Notes: a model not told the origin generated them from the sequence alone. 64,000 bases of DNA from Geopsychrobacteraceae bacterium (GCA_963662315.1 OY759353.1:1664001-1728000); one strand, 5' to 3'. Counted from the stretch's first letter, positions 47,838 to 58,272 are shown. Translations and numbers: made by a program.

Positions 47838-47913
47838 GGGCGAATAGCTCAGCTGGGAGAGCGCCTGCCTTACAAGCAGGATGTCGGGGGTTCGATCCCC
47901 TCTTCGCCCACCA
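47838..47913 (+). tRNA. tRNA-Val(TAC)
   Basis: GGGCGAA/TTCGCCC acceptor stem, CCTGC-ctTACaa-GCAGG anticodon arm, GGTTCGAT T-loop, encoded CCA. Confidence 0.97.
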
Positions 47914-47920
47914 AAAATAG

Positions 47921-47956
47921 AAGCATCTTGCTGCTCGCAGTAAGATGCTTTTTTTG
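47921..47956 (+). terminator. Intrinsic terminator after the tRNAs
   Basis: AAGCATCTTGCTGC-tc-GCAGTAAGATGCTT followed by a T-tract. Confidence 0.8.
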
Positions 47957-47974
47957 TTTGTGACGCCCCTGTGA

Positions 47975-48355
47975 CAGTGACTGCAAAGGCGTCAGATCCC
48001 CGAGGGCATCTTGTGGCCACTGTTCGTTGTATTCGATTATCCATCAGGAGATGGTCTCCCGCACTTTGTTCAGATTGCGCAACAAATACAGGTCAAGAAT
48101 TTCGTCTCGATAGGTTTTATTAAACTTTTCGATATACGCATTCTGATTCGGCTTACCGGGTTGAATATATAGAACCGTCATCCCATACTTCAGCCCAAGA
48201 AATAAATTCACCACTGAGAAACTCAGGATCACGGGCAGTCCACGCTCCAAGCGAAGTCGCTCATAAAATCCGCCGGCCAAACCTGATTCGGCTGATACGG
48301 CACCTGTAATGGTTGCTTTATCGCTTCGCCAGCCGCTTTTTTTTGCGTGGCGCAA
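47975..48355 (-). pseudogene. IS3-family transposase (OrfB integrase core) remnant
   Basis: YIQPGKPNQNAYIEKFNKTYRDEILD; continues past a premature TGA (48044-48046) as WIIEYNEQWPQDALGDLTP; internally deleted. Confidence 0.85.
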
Positions 48356-48668
48356 ACATTTCCAGCATTTCCGCCGGCGGCTTTTCTAAGTCAAAAGATC
48401 TAATATTTGCGAATCTCCTAATAGAGACCGAAAATTCTTTCCAAGAAAGATTTTCTAATATATGAAAGTCTAATATAATTTATGGGTTGTCACACTTTTA
48501 GTAAGTTATAGAAGCCCCCCGAAATATCCTAGACATGCCTGTCTGGATTTGGGATAGGGCTCACAATTTAGAAAGTAAACGCACTGCTGTGTCATAAGGA
48601 TATGACGAATCATCCCAGGATACTATGAAATCCCCCCTCCCCTTCTATTAAGTGAAGGAGATATTTCA

Positions 48669-50045
48669 ATGCAGATAACAAGACAGTTTGCAAAATTTGT
48701 AGATAGCTTGAAATATGATGAGCTGCCTGCAGATGTTGTTCAAGCCGCAAAAGAGCGTATTCTGGACAATCTCGGTGCAGCCGTAGCAGGATATTGTAAC
48801 TGGGAATTCAGAGAGAACCTACTAAAAGCATGTGCACAGCTTGGTGAAGGTAAATGTTCTGTTATCGGCAGATCCGAACGGAAATACCCTGCGGCAAGAG
48901 CCGCCATGATTAACGCAACTTTCGCACAAGCAAACGAACTTGATGATGGACACATATTTGCGGGAGTGCATGCTGGATGCGTAATAGTTTCGACTGCCTT
49001 CGTTATTGGCTCAATAGCTGGCAACAGCGGTAAAGAGATAATTAAGGCAGTGGTTGCTGGATATGAAATTGTGTACCGACTAGGTGTAGCTATGTGCCCT
49101 CACCTGATTCTCAAAGGATTCCATCCCACATCTGCTCTGGATGCGTGTGGTGCTGTTGCTGTTACAAGCATGCTGCTGGGCTTGAGCGAAGAACAAATAG
49201 TTAATGGCATTGGGATGGCAGGCTTGTATGGGTCGGGTTTAATGGAAGCTACAATATCTGGCCAACAGTCGAAATGTATAATGTCCGGGAATGCTGCAGC
49301 AACCGGGGTTATGGCTGCATATTTTGCCCAAAACGGCATAATTGGCACACATTCCGTTTTTGAAGGGCCGAAAGGTCTATTTAACGCTATGAGCCAAGAT
49401 GTTGATACCGAAAGAGTCATCAAGGGTCTTGGAGAAGAGTACAATATCTGTAATACCTACAGTAAATTTTATCCAACTTGTCGACATGGCCAAGCGGCAA
49501 TAGAGGCATGTCTGGTTTTACTTGAGGAATATAAATTCAACTATAAGGAGGTAACGTCTATTCATGTCGGAACATACCAGGTAGCTATTGACCTTATGGG
49601 GAAAATATATGAACCAAAGAATGAAGGGGAAGCCAAATACAGCATTCCTTATGGCATAGCTCTTAGCTTGATCACTGGAGAATTTGCCCCTCAATATTTT
49701 AAAACGGAATATTTTACTCAGAGTCGATATTTGGACTTTGCAGCCAAAGTAGATGTCATTCTTGATGAAGACATGCAAACTGCTTACCCCGAACAACGAG
49801 GAGCAAAGGTAAAAATCTACCTATCTAATGGAAAATGCCTAGAGAAAACTATTTTTCACCTAAAAGGTTCACCTGAAAATCCAGCAGACCTAGAAGCTCT
49901 AGAAAAAAAATTTATTCTCAACTGTAAACCTCTTTTAGGCCACCAAAGTGCAAGAACAATTATGGAACGTATTCAAAATATTCAGTCGGAGAAAAATATA
50001 GCAAATCTCTATGAGAAGTTCTGCACTCATAAGGTCCCCTTGTGA
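48669..50045 (+). CDS. MmgE/PrpD family protein
   Basis: AAMINA...ELDDGH, HAG, GYE, GFHPT, FEGPKG, KFYPTCRH, AKYSIPY and KGSPENP; AAGGAG RBS. Confidence 0.92.
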   Translation: MQITRQFAKFVDSLKYDELPADVVQAAKERILDNLGAAVAGYCNWEFRENLLKACAQLGEGKCSVIGRSERKYPAARAAMINATFAQANELDDGHIFAGVHAGCVIVSTAFVIGSIAGNSGKEIIKAVVAGYEIVYRLGVAMCPHLILKGFHPTSALDACGAVAVTSMLLGLSEEQIVNGIGMAGLYGSGLMEATISGQQSKCIMSGNAAATGVMAAYFAQNGIIGTHSVFEGPKGLFNAMSQDVDTERVIKGLGEEYNICNTYSKFYPTCRHGQAAIEACLVLLEEYKFNYKEVTSIHVGTYQVAIDLMGKIYEPKNEGEAKYSIPYGIALSLITGEFAPQYFKTEYFTQSRYLDFAAKVDVILDEDMQTAYPEQRGAKVKIYLSNGKCLEKTIFHLKGSPENPADLEALEKKFILNCKPLLGHQSARTIMERIQNIQSEKNIANLYEKFCTHKVPL

Positions 50046-50129
50046 GACTTCATACTGCGCTATAGCTTATTCTCGTTGATCACTAAAATGACTATCGGCC
50101 AATAAGTAGATATGTTGTAGCAGGCCTCC

Positions 50130-50285
50130 AATAGAAATGTTTAAAAACGGAAATATTCGCTCCGGCAACTAAGGAATTTCCACTATGCCCTGGTTTTCTC
50201 TTGGAAATAAGAAGAACATTCTTGCCAGTCCGTGTCGCCTCGATAGCTGCTGAAAGGCCAGCCCCCCAATCACCAAAACATATTT
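50130..50285 (-). pseudogene. N-terminal remnant of an FAD-dependent oxidoreductase (SdhA/FrdA/NadB-like)
   Basis: Minus strand reads VLVIG, a frameshift, then AGLSAAIEATRTGKNVLLISKRKPGHSGNSLVAGANI, and then degenerates. Confidence 0.65.
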
Positions 50286-50386
50286 TATATAGAACAAATT
50301 CTCTCTGAAGATGTTTGCTTTATATGCTGAATAAACGACACTCTAAGTCTTACGTTAGAAGGATAAAGCCACGATCTCCCTAACAC

Positions 50387-51208
50387 CTACGTTTTTGCTA
50401 CACGTAAGAGACCTTCCTGCATGACAGATGCTATTAATTTTCCATTTTGCTCAAAAAATTGTCCCCGAACCAATCCTCTAGAGCTGCAGGTATTAATGCA
50501 TTCCATTGAATGAAGTAGCCATCTCATTCCTGAATAATTGCGATGAAACCAAATGGAATGATCGAGGCTTGCAGTAAAAATCCCAGGACCTCTAAATTGA
50601 AAACCATGAGTTTCAGCAGCGGTCCATAGCAAGCCGAAATCTGAGCAATATGCTAGAGCGGCCTGCTGTAATAAAATATTTTCAGGAAAGCAGTCCATCA
50701 TTCTTAGCCACCAATGTTTTATTTGTGGCTCTTCCTCATAATGAATAGAATTGGGAACTGGGCGGATATCCACCCTCATGACTTCTTTCGGAGGACGTTG
50801 CTTAGCAGAAGAGTCTCCAGAGCGACACAACTCTGGTAAACAATCAGGGCCAACGACAGATGGCATTTTAATTTGATAATCGAAATGGCTATCAGGGGCC
50901 AAAAATGAAGCCGTCAATAAAAAGATACGACGATTATTCTGCCATGCTGATACCTTTCGCGTTGCCAACGAACGCCCATTTCGAACATATTCGACAGTGT
51001 AGTCAATTGGACTTTCAAGATCCCCTGCATGCAAAAAATTACAGTGCAAAGAATGAGCAGGATGTTCAACACACGTATACCCTGCAGCAACAAGACCCTG
51101 GGCAATCAATTGGCCACCAAAAACTCTTCCAGCACCCAGTGGAAGGTTATGTCCTCTATAGCAGGTATCACTTATCTGCTGCAAAGACAGTAATTCATGT
51201 AAAGTCAT
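50387..51208 (-). CDS. tesB: Acyl-CoA thioesterase II
   Basis: RVFGGQLIAQ, HSLH, R.GRS..TR.V, LAYCSD, ASLDHSIWFH and VMQEGL. Confidence 0.9.
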   Translation of the reverse strand: MTLHELLSLQQISDTCYRGHNLPLGAGRVFGGQLIAQGLVAAGYTCVEHPAHSLHCNFLHAGDLESPIDYTVEYVRNGRSLATRKVSAWQNNRRIFLLTASFLAPDSHFDYQIKMPSVVGPDCLPELCRSGDSSAKQRPPKEVMRVDIRPVPNSIHYEEEPQIKHWWLRMMDCFPENILLQQAALAYCSDFGLLWTAAETHGFQFRGPGIFTASLDHSIWFHRNYSGMRWLLHSMECINTCSSRGLVRGQFFEQNGKLIASVMQEGLLRVAKT

Positions 51209-51233
51209 TAAGAAACCAAGCTTTTTGTTTTAA

Positions 51234-52931
51234 CCTGAATCCGTGAGTTAACAAACTTAAAACTGTTTTCGATCTTTGACAATCAGCTGATTTTACAGTG
51301 CTTTTCTGCTATTCTTGAATCGCATCGAATTTCACCCAAGGAGTTTTGGTTGTGACATTTCCCCGGTTCAAGCTTGAGCAGTCAAAGCAGGAATTTTACA
51401 CCTCTCAGTCTGGCCTGGCTCTGGTCGGTGTGGCATTGAATCGCTATACCTCGCTGGCTTCGCGGGTCGATAAAGCGGCTCCCAAACGGGGAATCGCCAC
51501 GTCCGATGTCCTGCGCAGCTATCTGGGTCTGCTCTGTCAGGGTAAAAGCGATTTTGCCGCTATCCATCCTTTTTTTGAGGACGATGAGTTTTTTCGGACC
51601 TCGTTGGGGCTAACCAAAACGCCCTCACAGGAAACATTGCGGCAGCGTCTCGATCAGTTCGCCGAGGTCTTGCGGATCATCGTCGACTTCTGTTCGGTGG
51701 AGTTTCTCAAGAAAGCCAAGGCACAACTCTCGCCATTGTCCACTGGGCATATGCCTCTTGATCTGGATGTTTTCACTCTCGACAACTCGGACACCAAGAA
51801 AGAGGGTGTCTCCTACACGTATCGAGGCTTTAACGGTTACGCCCCTCTTGGTGTCTGGCTGGGACTGGAAGGCTGGTGTTTGGAGATCGAACAGCGTCCC
51901 GGTTCCCAGCATGCTCAGGAAGGATTTATCCCTCTGCTGTTACGGGCCTTGCACAAAGCCCATCAGCTAACCGACGCCCCACTGCTGGTGCGACTGGACA
52001 GCGCCCATGATGCCCTGGCGACATTGATCGCCCTGAAAGAGCAGAAGGCCGACTTCATCATCAAATGGAATCCGCGCAACACCGATGTTCCGATCAAAGC
52101 CACGGAAATCTTTGCCCACGGCAAGCTGGTGAAAGACACCAAGGACGAACGGATCGCCATCATGACGGAAACGGTTGAACGGACCTACAACGATGGCGAG
52201 GGCAAAGACAAAACCATCAAGGTACGTCGTGTTCTGCGTGCCTCTGAGCGCTGGTTTGATCGAAACGGTCCACTTCTGGTTCCCGATATCGAGATTGAAG
52301 GCTGGTGGACCAGTCTCTCCAGCAACAAGGAGACGATCATCGAACTCTACAAGGGGCATGCCCTGTGCGAGCAGTATCATTCCGAACTCAAGACCGACCT
52401 GGATCTGGAGCGGCTGCCATCGGGCAAGCTTGCGACCAACGCTCTGGTGATGAGCTGTGCCGGGCTGGCGTACAATCTGTTGCGGGCCATCGGCCAGGTC
52501 GGTCTGATGGACAAAAAACAGGCCCGTCGAGCCAAACAGCGTCGGCGCCTCAAAACCGTACTGCAGGATTTGATGTACTTCGCTGCCCGATTTCTTCGTC
52601 ACGCCCATGGCTTGATGCTGCGATTCAGTTGCCATGCGATCAGGCAGGCACAGGCTTTCATCAAGACCTATGAGCATTTTGCCTATGACTAATGTCGAAA
52701 CGCATCAGTACAGTGCTGAAAAATACCGCGGCCAAGGACGTGCACAGTCACGCACGTCCTCAATTTACAAAGGAGCAAGACGAACGAAAAAATAATCAGC
52801 TGAATTGTCAAAGAACGTAGCTACCTGTGCTCATCGGAGTAGATCAGGTCAGCTTTGAATCAAAATTGACTGCGAAAATGGGTTCGCAGGCAAAGCGTGA
52901 AAGTGCCGACTGGCTACCTCACGGATTCAGG
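51234..52931 (+). mobile_element. IS1380-family insertion sequence, copy 1 (1698 bp)
   Basis: 14-bp perfect TIRs CCTGAATCCGTGAG / CTCACGGATTCAGG; 5-bp TSD TTTAA at 51229-51233 and 52932-52936. Confidence 0.93.
51352..52692 (+). CDS. IS1380-family DDE transposase
   Basis: TSQSGL, PSQETLRQRLD, LDLD, GYAPL, LVRLDSA and Y..H..CEQYHSELK.D...ERLPSGK..N; GTG start after AAGGAG (ORF track starts at TTG 51346). Confidence 0.9.
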   Translation: MTFPRFKLEQSKQEFYTSQSGLALVGVALNRYTSLASRVDKAAPKRGIATSDVLRSYLGLLCQGKSDFAAIHPFFEDDEFFRTSLGLTKTPSQETLRQRLDQFAEVLRIIVDFCSVEFLKKAKAQLSPLSTGHMPLDLDVFTLDNSDTKKEGVSYTYRGFNGYAPLGVWLGLEGWCLEIEQRPGSQHAQEGFIPLLLRALHKAHQLTDAPLLVRLDSAHDALATLIALKEQKADFIIKWNPRNTDVPIKATEIFAHGKLVKDTKDERIAIMTETVERTYNDGEGKDKTIKVRRVLRASERWFDRNGPLLVPDIEIEGWWTSLSSNKETIIELYKGHALCEQYHSELKTDLDLERLPSGKLATNALVMSCAGLAYNLLRAIGQVGLMDKKQARRAKQRRRLKTVLQDLMYFAARFLRHAHGLMLRFSCHAIRQAQAFIKTYEHFAYD

Positions 52932-53023
52932 TTTAACAGAAAACATATTTAAAAAATGACAGGTCAATATCACAAACAACACCGTACAACTGGTCGGAAG
53001 TAATCTCTTCAACGTAAAAGCAG

Positions 53024-53653
53024 CTACGGAATGATTTTTAAAACTTCATCTACAGGTTTCCGACCACTATGAATTGGCATGGCTGCAGGCTTTCCTATTG
53101 GAATAATTGCTGACAATATATCACCGTCGGAGATTCCAAGTAATTGTTCAAGCTCTTGTCTCGCGAACAATGGTCCTGTCATCCAACAACCGCCGAACCC
53201 TTTTTCCCACGCCGCCAAAAGAATCAACTGGACAACGGCTCCAATTGTCTGCATATCTCCTCGCGCTCTTAAATCAGCCACAAAATCTTCATCATATCCT
53301 GCTTTGGCCATTAAAAAGTCCGTCTTGCTCTGAAAACGTCCATTTGCGGTTTTAACAATAAGAACAACAGGAGCTTGTAAATAAAATTTCTGAGGGGAAT
53401 AAGAAGGCCGGCAAAATCCAGATTTTTCTTCAACTTCATCTAAGATAGACTCTGCTTTTCTAGCGACAACATCTGCAATTTGTTTTTTTAATTCATCGCT
53501 CCGAACAGCGATAAACTCCCAATGTTGCCCATTTCCAGAATTGCAGGCATTTGTAGCTAGGGATATGATTTCTCTTAAGTCGTCATCTGAAACAGGATCT
53601 GAAGTGAATTGACGAATAGTACGCCTTCCGACAACAATCTTTTTAAAACTCAT
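53024..53653 (-). CDS. Nitroreductase family protein
   Basis: RRTIRQF, NSGNGQHWEF, LLAAWEKGFGGCW, IPIG.P and GRKP; GGAGG RBS. Confidence 0.9.
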   Translation of the reverse strand: MSFKKIVVGRRTIRQFTSDPVSDDDLREIISLATNACNSGNGQHWEFIAVRSDELKKQIADVVARKAESILDEVEEKSGFCRPSYSPQKFYLQAPVVLIVKTANGRFQSKTDFLMAKAGYDEDFVADLRARGDMQTIGAVVQLILLAAWEKGFGGCWMTGPLFARQELEQLLGISDGDILSAIIPIGKPAAMPIHSGRKPVDEVLKIIP

Positions 53654-54165
53654 AAAGCCTCCATTGACGTATGAATTATATAATCAAGCCCTGCCGTTAG
53701 AAATTGAAACGTCCTCCCAAACAGGCATCATCACCCCCAGGTAAGCATGATGAACCGATAGCCGAATTCAGATTTTTCCAAATCAGTGAGGAGCCTTTTG
53801 CACGAATTTATAATCGCCTTGAATTACAGCAAAACTTCAGCAGTGAGCCGTTCATTTTGGCAACAGTTATTCAATCCAAGCAACTCGCGCACTTCCACTA
53901 GACGGAACGCATATCCGCTGAATAAAATACCTATATAATCCCCCAGAGTCAACAAATTCACACAGAAACGAGAGAACATACAATATCTGCTTCATAAATG
54001 AGACAAGGATGGAAAAAAATACACAGAAGAGACACATGCAATTTCTTATTTTCTAGGTTCGCTTATTTTAGAGAGCCTTTATTGGACGAGATGCACGGTG
54101 TTGATATTTTACCGACGTTGATCCCACAGAACACCAAGACGTCCTAGAGATAAATACGGTTAATT

Positions 54166-55110
54166 TTACGATGTCAATTCGACGCATACAGTCCTCAGCA
54201 GATCAATTAGATCGAGTTTAGGCTTTGAAAGAAACGACTCTTTCAAATAAACTACTGACAGAATATTAGTTTCATGGAGGTCTGAGATCGAAAATAAATT
54301 TAGTTTGCCCTTACCAAGATTTATCTTATTAATTTCATTAATATTATTTTTATACATAGATAAACAGAAGCTTGAAGCTAAATCCTGATTTGAAATAAGG
54401 TAGTGAATATCCTGATGAGTAGATTCCATTATAATATTCAGATTTATATTTAACTTTTTAAGATGTGAATCTATGATATTTCTTGATTTGTAGCCTTTTT
54501 CATTAATTACAAAGGGAATATCATTAAAATCTTCTAAATCAACCTCTTTGCAAGCTTTATATTTTTCCCATGAGTTAGAAAAATATTTCATCAACAAGTT
54601 ATCTGATATAACAAGATATATATTCTCTTCTATTAATTCGACGATTTCAATTTTACTTGACTTTACGTTTTCAGATCCTGAAAGGTACATATCAATTTCA
54701 TTATTCAGTAATTTTTTTTCTAAAAAAAATGAATTTCCATAAATAATGTCAAGCTTTATATTCCGATACAGGGCATTAAACCTTTTCAGAAGAATAGGTG
54801 CCAAAATTCGATATCGACCTTCTGTCAATCCTAAAGAAATACCGACACTTCCTTCTTCATTAATTTCAGAGAATTGAGCCATTAAATTCATCTCAATTTG
54901 GTTAATTTTTTTCAGAGATTCCAGCATTATCTCCCCAGCCGGGGCCAGTGACAACGATGGTTTTCTATTAAAAAGCCTTACCCCACATTCATTCTCTAAA
55001 TTTTTCAGATATGCGCTTAATGCTTGATGGGTCAAAAATAGCCGTTTTGCAGCTCGTGAGATATTTAATTCTTGGGCCAAAATTAAAAAATATCGGTAGT
55101 TATTGATCAT
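54166..55110 (-). CDS. LysR family transcriptional regulator (very AT-rich)
   Basis: NISRAAKRLFLTHQALS..LKNLE..G.RLF.R HTH; 314 aa. Confidence 0.9.
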   Translation of the reverse strand: MINNYRYFLILAQELNISRAAKRLFLTHQALSAYLKNLENECGVRLFNRKPSLSLAPAGEIMLESLKKINQIEMNLMAQFSEINEEGSVGISLGLTEGRYRILAPILLKRFNALYRNIKLDIIYGNSFFLEKKLLNNEIDMYLSGSENVKSSKIEIVELIEENIYLVISDNLLMKYFSNSWEKYKACKEVDLEDFNDIPFVINEKGYKSRNIIDSHLKKLNINLNIIMESTHQDIHYLISNQDLASSFCLSMYKNNINEINKINLGKGKLNLFSISDLHETNILSVVYLKESFLSKPKLDLIDLLRTVCVELTS

Positions 55111-55169
55111 AACATTCCTTCCCTTTTTTTGATCTACATCAATGCCATGATCAATCCTCGATCATTCAA

Positions 55170-56867
55170 CCTGAATCCGTGAGTTAACAAACTTAAAACT
55201 GTTTTCGATCTTTGACAATCAGCTGATTTTACAGTGCTTTTCTGCTATTCTTGAATCGCATCGAATTTCACCCAAGGAGTTTTGGTTGTGACATTTCCCC
55301 GGTTCAAGCTTGAGCAGTCAAAGCAGGAATTTTACACCTCTCAGTCTGGCCTGGCTCTGGTCGGTGTGGCATTGAATCGCTATACCTCGCTGGCTTCGCG
55401 GGTCGATAAAGCGGCTCCCAAACGGGGAATCGCCACGTCCGATGTCCTGCGCAGCTATCTGGGTCTGCTCTGTCAGGGTAAAAGCGATTTTGCCGCTATC
55501 CATCCTTTTTTTGAGGACGATGAGTTTTTTCGGACCTCGTTGGGGCTAACCAAAACGCCCTCACAGGAAACATTGCGGCAGCGTCTCGATCAGTTCGCCG
55601 AGGTCTTGCGGATCATCGTCGACTTCTGTTCGGTGGAGTTTCTCAAGAAAGCCAAGGCACAACTCTCGCCATTGTCCACTGGGCATATGCCTCTTGATCT
55701 GGATGTTTTCACTCTCGACAACTCGGACACCAAGAAAGAGGGTGTCTCCTACACGTATCGAGGCTTTAACGGTTACGCCCCTCTTGGTGTCTGGCTGGGA
55801 CTGGAAGGCTGGTGTTTGGAGATCGAACAGCGTCCCGGTTCCCAGCATGCTCAGGAAGGATTTATCCCTCTGCTGTTACGGGCCTTGCACAAAGCCCATC
55901 AGCTAACCGACGCCCCACTGCTGGTGCGACTGGACAGCGCCCATGATGCCCTGGCGACATTGATCGCCCTGAAAGAGCAGAAGGCCGACTTCATCATCAA
56001 ATGGAATCCGCGCAACACCGATGTTCCGATCAAAGCCACGGAAATCTTTGCCCACGGCAAGCTGGTGAAAGACACCAAGGACGAACGGATCGCCATCATG
56101 ACGGAAACGGTTGAACGGACCTACAACGATGGCGAGGGCAAAGACAAAACCATCAAGGTACGTCGTGTTCTGCGTGCCTCTGAGCGCTGGTTTGATCGAA
56201 ACGGTCCACTTCTGGTTCCCGATATCGAGATTGAAGGCTGGTGGACCAGTCTCTCCAGCAACAAGGAGACGATCATCGAACTCTACAAGGGGCATGCCCT
56301 GTGCGAGCAGTATCATTCCGAACTCAAGACCGACCTGGATCTGGAGCGGCTGCCATCGGGCAAGCTTGCGACCAACGCTCTGGTGATGAGCTGTGCCGGG
56401 CTGGCGTACAATCTGTTGCGGGCCATCGGCCAGGTCGGTCTGATGGACAAAAAACAGGCCCGTCGAGCCAAACAGCGTCGGCGCCTCAAAACCGTACTGC
56501 AGGATTTGATGTACTTCGCTGCCCGATTTCTTCGTCACGCCCATGGCTTGATGCTGCGATTCAGTTGCCATGCGATCAGGCAGGCACAGGCTTTCATCAA
56601 GACCTATGAGCATTTTGCCTATGACTAATGTCGAAACGCATCAGTACAGTGCTGAAAAATACCGCGGCCAAGGACGTGCACAGTCACGCACGTCCTCAAT
56701 TTACAAAGGAGCAAGACGAACGAAAAAATAATCAGCTGAATTGTCAAAGAACGTAGCTACCTGTGCTCATCGGAGTAGATCAGGTCAGCTTTGAATCAAA
56801 ATTGACTGCGAAAATGGGTTCGCAGGCAAAGCGTGAAAGTGCCGACTGGCTACCTCACGGATTCAGG
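55170..56867 (+). mobile_element. IS1380-family insertion sequence, copy 2 (1698 bp, apparently identical to copy 1)
   Basis: Same TIRs; its own 5-bp TSD TTCAA at 55165-55169 and 56868-56872; identical ORF translations at an offset of 3936 bp. Confidence 0.93.
55288..56628 (+). CDS. IS1380-family DDE transposase (identical copy)
   Basis: Translation identical to that of 51352-52692. Confidence 0.9.
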   Translation: MTFPRFKLEQSKQEFYTSQSGLALVGVALNRYTSLASRVDKAAPKRGIATSDVLRSYLGLLCQGKSDFAAIHPFFEDDEFFRTSLGLTKTPSQETLRQRLDQFAEVLRIIVDFCSVEFLKKAKAQLSPLSTGHMPLDLDVFTLDNSDTKKEGVSYTYRGFNGYAPLGVWLGLEGWCLEIEQRPGSQHAQEGFIPLLLRALHKAHQLTDAPLLVRLDSAHDALATLIALKEQKADFIIKWNPRNTDVPIKATEIFAHGKLVKDTKDERIAIMTETVERTYNDGEGKDKTIKVRRVLRASERWFDRNGPLLVPDIEIEGWWTSLSSNKETIIELYKGHALCEQYHSELKTDLDLERLPSGKLATNALVMSCAGLAYNLLRAIGQVGLMDKKQARRAKQRRRLKTVLQDLMYFAARFLRHAHGLMLRFSCHAIRQAQAFIKTYEHFAYD

Positions 56868-57225
56868 TTCAAATCATAAGTCCAATAACAAAAAGACTGT
56901 TAAAAAACAAATCCAGTTTTTCTGAAGAACAAAAACGGGACATGGCCAGATATCAGATTAAAAAAATAATCAAGGTTTCAAAAGATCATATAACAAGTCT
57001 TTCTGTCCGACGCTGCTATTTTTTTTTGCATCCATGCAAGGATAATGTGCTTTACGGGTTTTTCTTAAAATGCAATCTTTCCTTCGAAAAAAAACTGCAG
57101 TAAATCAGAATTTTATTTAAGAGTTGCAAAACAAAACTTAAGACCTTCGTATTTAATTACTAGCAATTAAGGGCCCTTTATTGCTTTGTATAAATTATAA
57201 ACCAATAACGGAAGGATTTAATTTC

Positions 57226-58272
57226 ATGAAGATCAAATGTTTAGGGTTGATATTGGCAGTGCTTTCTTTGACAGCCTCCACTTCACTGGCCCAACAGGAA
57301 CCTCGAATTTTTGCTGACGGAGCTCAACTTCAAGTGGTATCAAGAGATGGCATAGGCTTTAACGAAGGCGTTGTAGCGGCGAAGGATGGCAAAATTTACA
57401 CCCTTGGCGTGACTTGGCTTAAAGAATCGATCAAAAACGGCGTAATTTACTGCTACGATCCTGCCACCGGAAAAACCAGCGAATATATGAAACCGTCAGG
57501 TTCAGCGCTCGGACTACATTTTGACAAAAACAACGATCTCATCATTGCATCGTCTGACACTCGTGGCGGCCCACAGGGCATTCGCCGCCACAATTTAAAA
57601 ACCGGAAAAACAACTATTATTACAGACAGCTATAAAGGAAAGCACTATGTTGCGCCAAATGACGTCACCAGTGACGCAAAGGGCAGAATCTATTTTACCG
57701 ATGCTCGCTACGGCGGTAAAACACTCACCTGGGAACTACCCAATGCTGTCTACCGTGTCGATACTGACGGAACGGTGACTCAAATATCAACCGACATTTT
57801 CCGCCCTAACGGTATTGAAGTCTCTCCTGACGGTAAACATCTTTACGTTGCGGCAGCTAATGAAAAACGACTCCTGGCAAACCCACTTGGTCCTCTTGAG
57901 GATAAGTTTGGCATTGAGCATGGCGGTGTCGTTGCTTATGATCTTGATGAAAATGGCAACATCTCCAATGGCCATGCAATTTTCAAACATGAGCACTACA
58001 ATGTTGACGGAATGGCAATGGACACCGATGGCAATCTCTACCTCGCCATTCATAATGGTAAAACACCTCCGGTCCCAGGTGAAATCATTGTCCTCGATCC
58101 CATCAAAGAAAAGGTAATCACAAAACTTATCCCACCGGAGGGAACCAGGCCAAGCAATGTGGGCTTTGGTCGTGGTGATGATGCAAACACACTTTACATT
58201 ACCACTGGGTTGGGCATGCCCTGGAAGCTGCTGAGCATCAAAACCCTGCATCGTGGCTTTTATCAAGAATAG
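57226..58272 (+). CDS. Exported SMP-30/gluconolactonase/LRE family beta-propeller hydrolase
   Basis: Signal peptide (…TSLA/QQ); metal-ligand motifs NEG, PND, IYFTD, PNGI and DGMAMD..GNLY. Confidence 0.9.
   Translation: MKIKCLGLILAVLSLTASTSLAQQEPRIFADGAQLQVVSRDGIGFNEGVVAAKDGKIYTLGVTWLKESIKNGVIYCYDPATGKTSEYMKPSGSALGLHFDKNNDLIIASSDTRGGPQGIRRHNLKTGKTTIITDSYKGKHYVAPNDVTSDAKGRIYFTDARYGGKTLTWELPNAVYRVDTDGTVTQISTDIFRPNGIEVSPDGKHLYVAAANEKRLLANPLGPLEDKFGIEHGGVVAYDLDENGNISNGHAIFKHEHYNVDGMAMDTDGNLYLAIHNGKTPPVPGEIIVLDPIKEKVITKLIPPEGTRPSNVGFGRGDDANTLYITTGLGMPWKLLSIKTLHRGFYQE

Noticed and set aside
47835..48044. 69-aa minus-strand ORF
   Set aside because: It is antisense to tRNA-Val and overlaps the IS3 remnant in another frame; spurious.
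53660..54160. Possible gene remnant between the nitroreductase and LysR genes
   Set aside because: Frames are interrupted by stops and I recognise no motif; BLASTx would be needed.
51234..56867. Composite transposon inserted as one unit
   Set aside because: The outer flanks differ (TTTAA versus TTCAA) and each IS has its own matching TSD, so these are independent insertions.
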